Positions 49,563 to 64,000 of a DNA stretch of 64,000 nt are shown one piece after another. The translations under genes were made by a program, and so were the position numbers. Below the pieces are notes generated by a model, which saw only the letters and a program-made list of their open reading frames with translations, did not search any database and was not told the DNA's origin. Within the stretch, counting starts at the first letter, position 1, and each line of letters opens with the position of its first letter. Source of the DNA: Macrostomum lignano (Eukaryota); assembly GCA_002269645.1 (NCBI GenBank), contig NIVC01000069.1, positions 1 through 64,000 of the forward strand, written 5' to 3'.

Positions 49563-52500
49563 ATGGAGATTCAAGTTAAGAAAAGTCGAAAAGTGAAAGG
49601 CGTTCGCCAGAAACTGAAGCTGTTTCGGGCTAGCGATCCACTCAAATCTGTCATCATGTGGGGCATTAACTATTCGGTGAGTAAAAGTATGTATATTATG
49701 ACTGACGCGATGTACTGTAGTGTTGACCTTCAAATGACCCCTTATCAACCTGACGCAATGTACGGTAGTGTTGACCTTCAAATGACCCCTTATCAACCTA
49801 ACGCAATGTACTGTAGTGTGACCTTCAAATGACCCCTTATCAACCTGAGCACAGATGGACCAGTTGGACCACGTCAACAAGCGAACAATGCTGCTGCCAG
49901 ATGACTTCAAAAGTAATTTAAAAGTCAAGGTGGACAATCATCTGTTTAATAAGTGAGTAGTTTTAGCAAATTAGTTTCATATAAAAGCCTGCAATATGTG
50001 TATTGTGAATGATCATTTATTTTAAACCAATTGTCCTTTGAGTTATGTAGCTGTGGGCCACACCCTTGGCGTATGTTATGCGCTAAAATGCCTTAGTAAA
50101 AGCATCTCTTCTTTTTTCTATGTCTCTTTAACAATTTGGCTTCCTATTGCTGCTTTTAGTATCTGAAAAAATGGTTCGCTATCACAATCAGGCGTGTTGT
50201 TCTTTGACAGTCCCTGATTGCTTCTGCATAGGTATCTTCAATAGGTGCTTCGTTTCATTTTTTGAATCTGTTTTAGGCGTACTGTTTTTCGGGCTTTAAT
50301 CTTCTACTTTTGTGTTTAGCATCTGCTTACTGAGATTTTCTGATCTCTGCTTCTGTGTTTCAAATCTCTGCTTCTGTGAGTTTCACATCTCTGCTTCTGA
50401 GAGTTTCACATCTCTGCTTCTGTGAGTTTCACATCTCTGCTTGTGTTTCACATCTCTGCTTCTGTGTTTCACATCTCTGCTTCTGTGAGTTTCACATCTC
50501 TGCTTCTGTGTTTCACATCTCTGCTTCTGTGTTTCACATCTCTGCTTCTGTGAGTTTCACATCTCTGCTTCTGTGTTTCACATCTCTGCTTCTGTGTTTC
50601 ACATCTCTGCTTCTGTGAGTTTCACATCTCTGCTTGTGTTTCACATCTCTGCTTCTGTGTTTCACATCTCTGCTTCTGTGAGTTTCACATCTCTGCTTCT
50701 GTGTTTCACATCTCTGCTTCTGTGTTTCACATCTCTGCTTCTGTGAGTTTCACATCTCTGCTTCTGTGTTTCACATCTCTGCTTCTGTGTTTCACATCTC
50801 TGCTTCTGTGTTTCACATCTCTGCTTCTGTGTTTCACATCTCTGCTTCTGTGTTTCACATCTCTGCTTCTGTGTGTTTTACATCTCTGCTTCTGTGTTTC
50901 ACATCTCTGCTTCTGTGTTTCACATCTCTGCTTCTGTGTGTTTCACATCTCTGCTTCTGTGAGTTTCACATCTCTGCTTCTGTGTGTTTCACATCTCTGC
51001 TTCTGTGAGTTTCACATCTCTGCTTCTGTGTTTCACATCTCTGCTTCTGTGTTTCACATCTCTGCTTCTGTGTTTCACATCTCTGCTTCTGTGAGTTTCA
51101 CATCTCTGCTTCTGTGTGTTTCACATCTCTGCTTCTGTGAGTTTCACACCTCTGCTTCTGTGTTTCACATCTCTGCTTCTGTGTTTCACATATCTGCTTC
51201 TGTGAGTTTCACATCTCTGCTTCTGTGTGTTTCACATCTCTGTTTTTCTAGCTTTTTCAATTCCAAGTTAATGCAATTAGTTAACAAGAAACTCAGAAAT
51301 CTCATAAACGAACCCCCTTATGTGCCACAAAACCCGTGTCAGAGACAGCATGCCGAGCAAGTTCAAGTTCAAGGAGTACTGCCCCCTGGTGTTTGCCGAT
51401 TTGCGATCAAAATTCGGCATTGAACGCACAGAATACCTGGACAGCTTTATTAAACGCCAACCTCAGTACGACGCTTCTCAGGGCCGGTCCGGCAGCAAGT
51501 TTCTGTGCACTTATAATCGGCACTATGTAATTAAAACTATTGGTAGCGAAGAAGTTGAGCAGATGCACCATATTCTACAGGTGAGGGACTTGAAGGGTTT
51601 TAATTTAGAGACCAATTGTCGGTCAGCTGATGAGATCAAAGAGGCCAATTGTCGGTCAGCTGATAAGATCAAAGAGGCCAATTGTCGGTCAGCTGATGAG
51701 ATCAAAGAGGCCAATTGTCGGTCAGCTGATAAGATCAAAGAGGCCAATTGTCGGTCAGCTGATGAGATCAAAGAGGCCAATTATCTATCGGTTAACTGAT
51801 GAGATCAAAGAGGCCAATTATCCATCAGCTGATGAGATCAAAGGGGCCAATTATCTATCGGTTAACTGATGAGATCAAAGAGGCCAATTGTCTATCGGTT
51901 AACTGATGAGATCAAAGAGGCCAATTGTCTATCGGTCGGCTGATGAGATCAAAGAGGCCAATTATCTATCGGTCAGCTGATGAGATCAAAGAGGCCAATT
52001 ATCTATCGGTCAGCTGATGAGATCAAAGAGGCCAATTATCTATCGGTCGGCTGATGAGATCAAAGGGGCCAATTGTCTATCGGTTAACTGATGAGATCAA
52101 AGAGGCCAATTATCCATCAGCTGATGAGATCAAAGGGGCCAATTATCTATCGGTTAACTGATGAGATCAAAGAGGCCAATTATCCATCAGCTGATGAGAT
52201 CAAAGGGGCCAATTATCTATCGGTCGGCTGATGAGATCAAAGGGGCCAATTGTCTATCGGTTAACTGATGAGATCAAAGAGGCCAATTGTCTATCGGTTA
52301 ACTGATGAGATCAAAGAGGCCAATTATCCATCAGCTGATGAGATCAAAGGGGCCAATTATCTATCGGTTAACTGATGAGATCAAAGAGGCCAATTATCCA
52401 TCAGCTGATGAGATCAAAGGGGCCAATTATCTATCGGTCGGCTGATTAGATTCAAGTGATTTACCAGTTATCAGATATATATCCAGTTAACATTAGTAAA

Positions 52501-54994
52501 TGCTCCAAAGGCATGACAATAAATATTAGAATAATTTTCCGAAATTCTTTCCACCAGGCCTATCACGGCTACATAGTGGAGTGCAGCGCCTCCACACTGC
52601 TGCCCCAATACCTAGGCATGTACCGGGCCACGGTAGAGGACACCGAATATTATCTGCTAGTTACTCGGTAAGTTAACCTGCTTTAAATATACTCCTTGCT
52701 TTTTTTAAAGTCTATTGCTAATAAAAACTAGGCCTTCCTCAAGCTCTTCCACAAGTTCTCTCTCTTACGTGGTCACTTTTACACAAAGTGCCACTCTCAT
52801 TGTTACTCTTCCTCATATTTTAACTCTCCAAGGTGTCACTGTCATAATGTCACTCTTCCTCAAAGTGTCACTATCATAATGTCACTTTTCCTCGAGGTGT
52901 CACTATCATAATGTCACTCTTCCTCAAGGTGTCACTATCATAATGTCACTCTTCCTCAAGGTGTCACTATCATAATGTCACTCTTCCTCAAGGTGTCACT
53001 CCCACAATGTCACTCTTCCTCAAGGTGTCACTCCCATAATGTCACTCTTCCTCAAGGGGTCACTATCATAATGTCACTCTTCCTCAAGGTGTCACTCCCA
53101 CAATGTCACTCTTCCTCAAGGTGTCACTCCCACAATGTCACTCTTCCTCAAGGTGTCACTCTCATAATGTCACTCTTCCTCAAGGTGTCACTCCCACAAT
53201 GTCACTCTTCCTCAAGGTGTCACTCCCACAATGTCACTCTTCCTCAAGGTGTCACTATCATAATGTCACTCTTCCTCAAGGTGTCACTCCCACAATGTCA
53301 CTCTTCCTCAAGGTGTCACTCCCACAATGTCACTCTTCCTCAAGGTGTCACTCCCACAATGTCACTCTTCCTCAAGGTGTCACTCCCACAATGTCACTCT
53401 TCCTCAAGGTGTCACTATCATAATGTCACTCTTCCTCAAGGTGTCACTCCCACAATGTCACTCTTCCTCAAGGTGTCACTCCCACAATGTCACTCTTCCT
53501 CAAGGTGTCACTCCCACAATGTCACTCCCCAATCCGCATCCGCAGCTGCGTATTCAGTCCCCGCCTGAAGATCCACCGCAAATACGACCTGAAGGGCAGC
53601 ACGATCGACCGAGAGGCCAGCGAGAAGGAGCGCAGCAAGGAGCTGCCAACTTACAAAGACGTCGATTTTATCAACACCAAAGAGCGAATCAGCATTGGCG
53701 AGTCGCAGAAACACCGCCTGTTGCTCACGCTCAGGGCCGATGTCGACTTTCTCCAGCGCAATAATCTCATGGATTATTCGCTGCTCATCGGCATTCACGA
53801 CCTGCAGATCGGCGGCGGTTTCGAAGACGATCCAGAGGCTGAGGACGACGCCGGACTTGGGTCTGGGAACGAAGGCGCCGCGGTGTCGCCTCCGTCGGCA
53901 GCGGCCGCCGCTGCTGCAGCTCTTCAACCGGTGCCTGAAGACAGCGGCGACGATGAACGCGTGTTTGGCGGCGACGGTGCATCGCCGGAGAGTCCGAGTG
54001 CTATGGGAGAGGGCGGCGGCGAGAGCGGCGGAGGCGGCTTGGAGCCCGGTCGTTCGTTTCGTTATTCCGCCTTTCTAGGAAATCTTGATCCAGTTTTTGA
54101 AAGGTGATTTAAAGCGCGAGTGAATAACGAAAATAACGACCTGTGAATGGTGCGTGAGTGGATGTGATAGCCTGTGAATGGTGCGTGAATGGGTGTGACA
54201 GCCTGTGAATGGTGCGTGGGTGGGTGTGACAGCCTGTGAATGGTGCGTGGAAGGGTATGACAGCTTGTGAATGGTGTGTGGGTGGGTGTGACAGCATGTG
54301 AATGGTAAAACACAGTCTGTGAATGGTGCATATTGGGTGAAACACAGTCTGTGAATGGTGCATAGTGGGTGAGACACACCCTGTGAATGGTGCATAGTGG
54401 GTAAGACACAGCCTGTGAATGGTGCATAGTGGGTAAGACACAGCCTGTGAATGGTGCAGTGGGTGAGACACAGCCTGTGAATGGTGCATAGTGGGTGAGA
54501 CACACCCTGTGAATGGTGCATAGTGGGTAAGACACAGCCTGTGAATGGTGCATAGTGGGTGAGACACAGCCTGTGAATGGTGCAGTGGGTGAGACACAGC
54601 CTGTGAAAGGTGCATAGTGGGTGAGACACAGCCTGTGAATGTTGTGTGTGGGTGAGACACAGCCTGTGAATGTTGTGTGTGGGTGAGACACAGCCTGTGA
54701 ATGGTGCATAGTGGGTGAGACACAACCTGTGAATAGTGTGTGGGTGAGCCAGTGACAATGGACATCAGCAATGCCAAATGATACTGCAGGTACGGCGTGC
54801 AGTCATCCAGTCGGCAGCTGGTGTACTTTCTGGGCATAATAGACATACTCACCAGCTACGGTGTGCGCAAGAGAACTGCTCAAACCTACAAATCGATGAA
54901 GCACGGCTACAACAATGAGAATCAGCTGAGCACAGTTCGACCCGAGGTTTATGCCAGACGGTTCCTCGAGTTTATCGACGCTTGTATTGAGTAA
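49563..54994 (+). CDS. PIP4K2: Phosphatidylinositol 5-phosphate 4-kinase type 2, 440 aa; join(49563-49676,49855-49952,51343-51580,52558-52667,53546-54103,54790-54994)
   Basis: KLFRASDP, LPDDFK, FKFKEYCP, GRSGSKF, YVIKTI, LLPQYLGMYR, RKYDLKGS, LMDYSLLIGIHD, YFLGIIDILT, STVRPEVYARRF. All junctions are GT-AG with matching phases. Confidence 0.96.
49700..49848. repeat. 48-bp tandem repeat x3 in PIP4K2 intron 1
   Basis: ACGCAATGTAC.GTAGTGTTGACCTTCAAATGACCCCTTATCAACC units end 6 nt before the acceptor. Confidence 0.9.
50340..51245. repeat. 21/23-bp minisatellite (TGTTTCACATCTCTGCTTCTG) in PIP4K2 intron 2
   Basis: About 40 units; the 23-bp variant contains GTGAGT. Confidence 0.95.
51611..52450. 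repeat. 33/37-bp minisatellite (GATGAGATCAAAGAGGCCAATT...) in PIP4K2 intron 3
   Basis: About 23 units; the unit changes from 33 to 37 bp along the array. Confidence 0.93.
52800..53530. repeat. 32-bp minisatellite (AATGTCACTCTTCCTCAAGGTGTCACTCCCAC) in PIP4K2 intron 4
   Basis: About 22 units running to within 15 nt of the acceptor. Confidence 0.93.
54140..54750. repeat. ~32-bp minisatellite (GCCTGTGAATGGTGCATAGTGGGTGAGACACA) in PIP4K2 intron 5
   Basis: About 19 units. Confidence 0.92.
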
Positions 54995-55284
54995 TGTTGA
55001 GAATATTATATTTTATTTGCATGCTTCAAGTCATCGGTTTAGTTAGCAAATTCACAATCAGTTCTGTGAGTGATTTTTATTAAATCTGACTTCTTTTAAA
55101 TAAATGTGTAGAGTTGCTGGATCACTAGATTATGTACAACATTTTTATCTGCACCAGTAGCTTTTCCCATACCCAATATCCATAGCTTTTTGATGAAATT
55201 CGATTTGCACAAAACTTTATCCGACCATTCGCGTTGTTGTTTTGGTTTTAACATTTTTCATGAGTTTTTTTAGTATTGAGGCAT

Positions 55285-55443
55285 TGAGTGACACATGTCT
55301 AAGAGACACACTTAGTGACACATGTCTAAGAGACACACTGAGTGACACATGTCTAAGAGACACACTGAGTGACACATGTCTAAGAGACGCACTGAGTGAC
55401 ACATGTCTAAGAGACACACTGAGTGACACATGTCTAAGAGACA
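55285..55443. repeat. 27-bp tandem repeat x6
   Basis: GAGTGACACATGTCTAAGAGACACACT units. Confidence 0.92.
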
Positions 55444-56009
55444 TTTCTTCTCAATGTTCTAACTTGTTTTCAGTTCCATGTAACCATAGCTCATATTTTG
55501 GTAAATCACAATATAAAAGTACATGCTTCTCTTACACAACTATCCATATAATACTCTATATTCATTCTAGTCACAGCTATCGCAGCAGTGCAGCAGCAAT
55601 AGGTGTATTACCTGCCTAAATTAATAGTTCCCATTGTTGTACTTTTGTAACGCAGTTTTGAACGGAATTGAAAGTAAAAATTACACATTCTTTTATAGAA
55701 CGCGTACTACGTAATGCGTTGTTTCACACTTATAGTAGTATAGTATAGTCTGTTCGGTGTATAGTTTTAGAACAGTGAAGTTTGTAGCACACAATGAAAT
55801 ATTTTTGTATAGTTGCTTTTATGCTATAATAATTATTATATGTACATATACTTGCCTCTGTAGCCATTTGTCTTTTGTATTTTACCGCCTTTTGTTGTCT
55901 ACTAAGAGTTTCTAATCTCAGCTTTTACCCAGCCTCGTTTTTTATCAAAATACAATCTGTGTTTAAAAATCTATAAAATCTCATATCGAAGGGTGGGAAA
56001 TCTAGCTTA

Positions 56010-56545
56010 CAGTGTACATGCCCCTAGCCAACCTAACCTACTCCACTTTAATGTACATGCCCCCTAGCCACCCCACTCCACTTCAATGTACATGCCCCCT
56101 AGCCACCCCACTCCACTTCAATGTACATGCCCCCTAGCTACCCCACTCCACTTCAATGTACATGCCCCTAGCCAACCTAACCTACTCCACTTTAATGTAC
56201 ATGCCCCCTAGCCACCCCACTCCACTTCAATGTACAGGCCCCTAGCCACCCCACACCCCTTCAATGTACATTCCCCTAGCCACCCCACTCCACTTCAATG
56301 TACATGCCCCCTAGCCACCCCACTCCACTTCAATGTACATGCCCCCTAGCCACCCCACTCCACTTCAATGTACATGCCCCTAGCCACCCCACACCCCTTC
56401 AATGTACATTCCCCTACCCACAACTAACCCCTCATTGCACATGCCCATCTAGCAACCCCACTCCTTTTCAATGTACATGCCTCCTAGCCACCCCACTCCC
56501 CTCATTGTACATGCCCCCTAGCCACCCCACATCCCCTAAATGTCA
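56010..56545. repeat. 35-bp minisatellite (AATGTACATGCCCCCTAGCCACCCCACTCCACTTC), about 15 copies
   Basis: Direct reading; decays toward the right. Confidence 0.9.
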
Positions 56546-57262
56546 CACTACTAACCTTATCAGAACTACTCCCCTTAGATAAAGAAGTTCAAGATGAGAC
56601 CCCAGCTTCTGTACACTCAATAATTTAACCATATAAGTAAATTAAAGTTTACAAAGTTTAGAATTTCAAATTCGGCTTATATTTTTATAATCGGCAACCA
56701 TTTCTAATTGCGTAGTTTTGTTTTAACTGGAGCCTGCGTTTTTCTACTGTTTGTACACGAGATCAGTTTTTTACTGCTGTTGTAAGTTTAGCTTGTATTG
56801 AGCCTTGGCTTACAATACCAAAATTTATACAGTTGTACTGCTAGTGTTCGCGCAGTTCTGCATTGCCAGCGGGGCCTGAAAATAATGGCATGATTTTGCC
56901 AGCAATTTGCGTTCTATTCTACTTGCTTAAAGTAGATGGCGCCGCTATCCCAGTAGTATGCACTCGATATACTCAACAGAAATGTGCAACTGTCGCGTTC
57001 TCACTGCTTTTTTAATCTTGTCTGTCATTCCCCAAAACTGTTGTTCTAGATCTAACAATACAAGAGTATGTACGTCTTCTGATTGAAGTTATTAAAATAT
57101 AATTTTGATTTATTGTTATTATTATTGATCAATGTTCCTTATATGTTATTAATTTTATTTCGCTATTTATACTTCATACTTGTTGTATGAAGGCACCGGG
57201 ACATACTGATGCATTTTTTCGCCTGCTTTTGATTTATTTGGTTTACCACCGCATGCAGACAG

Positions 57263-57284
57263 GCAGACAGACCATCAGAAAGTC

Positions 57285-57351
<67 letters not shown>

Positions 57352-57432
57352 TAGACACAGACAGACAGACAGACAGACAGACAGATAGACAGACAGATAG
57401 ACACAGACAGACAGACAGACAGACAGATAGAC

Positions 57433-57469
<37 letters not shown>

Positions 57470-57496
57470 TAGACACAGACAGACAGACAGACAAAC

Positions 57497-57569
<73 letters not shown>

Positions 57570-57656
57570 TAGACACAGAAAGACAGGCAGACAGACAGAC
57601 AGATAGACACAGAAAAACAGACAGACAGACAAATAGACACAGACAGACAGACAGAC
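57263..57656. repeat. (GACA)n microsatellite
   Basis: About 390 bp with CA/GATA interruptions. Confidence 0.95.
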
Positions 57657-57664
57657 GAGAGCCC

Positions 57665-57870
57665 TGCCAACCGCCTCTGGTTCTGTGAGTCCTGCAGTCC
57701 CAGGCCCACCTGACCACCAGAGGGCACTGTTATTCCAAACTGCAATCAAATAAGACCATTCCGCTTTACAACGCCGAGATCTGGACGCTGACAGACCCCT
57801 GGCTGCTGCGCTCCACTTTCAATATCGTCGATCGAGTCGACAGACACTTAAGGAGCGGCACCAGCTGTTC
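57665..57870 (+). mobile_element. Degenerate RTE-like non-LTR retrotransposon fragment (C-terminal to RT)
   Basis: Frameshifted translation QRALLFQTAI../LYNAEIWTLT../LLRSTFNI resembles the LLY..ETWTL region of RTE-type LINEs. Confidence 0.45.
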
Positions 57871-58044
57871 ATGCTGAGCATTACATGTGCATTTGTATTG
57901 ACATACGAGAGTATGAACTCTCATGCCGCCTGACAGGAGTTTGTGATTGGCTGAGATCTGTCTCTATCTACTATACAAGTAGCAGTTGCAATCGGGGTCC
58001 AGATGCCATCTCGATACACCACTGGAGCTGCGCTCGTACAGTAA

Positions 58045-62935
<4,891 letters not shown>

Positions 62936-63039
62936 TGTGTGACTCGCAATTGCAAATACTCAACACTTATACTGACAGCATTAGTAGTGAGCTTCGCTTT
63001 TATAGTTAGACTATAGACACTACTGTCGAGTTGCAGACT

Positions 63040-63500
63040 AGCTGACTGTCTGACTGACTGTCTGACTGGCTGACTGTCTGACTGACTGTCTGACTGTCTG
63101 ACTGACTGTCTGACTGACTGGCTGACTGTCTGACTGACTGGCTGACTGACTGACTGTCTGACTGTCTGACTGTCTGACTGACTGTCTGACTGGCTGACTG
63201 TCTGACTGACTGACTGTCTGACTGACTGTCTGACTGACTGACTGACTGACTGTCTGACTAACTGACTGACTGTCTGACTGACTGGCTGACTGACTGACAC
63301 TGACTGACTGACTGACTGACTGACTGACTGACTGACTGTCTGACTGACTGACTGACTGACTGACTGCCTGACTGACTGACTGCCTGACTGACTGACTGAC
63401 TGACTGACTGGCTGACTGACTGACACTGACTGACTGACTGAGTGACTGACTGACTGACTGACTGACTGACTGACTGACTGACTGACTGACTGACTGACTG
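63040..63500. repeat. (GACT)n/(CTGT) compound microsatellite
   Basis: Direct reading, 3' of the synaptotagmin-like stop codon. Confidence 0.95.
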
Positions 63501-64000
63501 ATCAGCTGAGCGACTAGTTAAGTGAATGATGGACGGACAAAAAGCTTTGCTTTGAGACACTGAAGCAAAACTTTATCTAAACCTTAACTATTCAAAGCAC
63601 GAGGTTTAAGGAGTAAAATAAACAATTGCATAGCAGCAACAAAAATGATCAAATAGTTTCGTGTTAAGCGTCGAGGTACAGATGATGAATAAGATTTGAC
63701 AAGCGGCTTGTTACAGACAAATTTATTTCGCGATAACACATGTAATGAATTAACCAAAGTATGCTCATACAATGAGAACTTGCTCATGCAATTTTAAACT
63801 TGGAAAAATGAATCGTTTGAAATTTTTTAAAGTGAAAAAAGGAAGGCAGAAATACCATAACAGAATGGACTGATGAATATAAGCAGTGAATGCCTAAACC
63901 ATACTACTGAAAGTAGGTGGAAATTATATCAGAAATTTACAATTACGAGCTTATGTTAGTTATGGCATTATATAAATGAACAGTTTATAACTGACAAGTT

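Noticed and set aside
16879-56545. Minisatellite unit lengths as multiples of the DNA helical repeat
   Set aside because: Observed units span 20-48 bp fairly continuously; the several 32-bp cases include two related arrays and are too few to support the idea.

Overview
Eukaryotic (metazoan invertebrate) genomic DNA. The GC-rich exons, AT-rich intergenic DNA and minisatellite-filled introns resemble a flatworm such as Macrostomum lignano, but that assignment is inference. Six spliced genes were reconstructed by hand from GT-AG junctions and frame continuity. (1) A secreted or membrane mucin-like gene (minus, from 7772, running off the window start) built from three different Pro/Ser/Thr repeats and a recently duplicated EGF-SEA-EGF cassette. 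(2) PDXDC1 (minus, 24275-17875, 6 coding exons). (3) A divergent TRPV-like channel (plus, 32543-34888). (4) A USP6NL/RN-tre TBC Rab-GAP (minus, 41936-37309). (5) PIP4K2 (plus, 49563-54994). (6) A probably Ca2+-independent synaptotagmin-like gene (plus, 58051-62935). Mobile DNA: a decayed THAP/P-element with an intron, a decayed Ty3/Gypsy element with a 1.19-kb solo LTR nested in its gag (TSD CCTG), a hAT-type MITE with an 8-bp TSD, a tRNA-derived SINE head and an RTE-like LINE scrap. The main pattern is that almost every long intron carries its own minisatellite, and one of these shares a 9-mer with the adjacent splice donor. A TAGGCCTA palindrome is strongly enriched in the AT-rich spacers. 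Most long ORFs in the supplied track are off-frame readings of repeats. No CRISPR array, rRNA gene or intact tRNA gene is supported.
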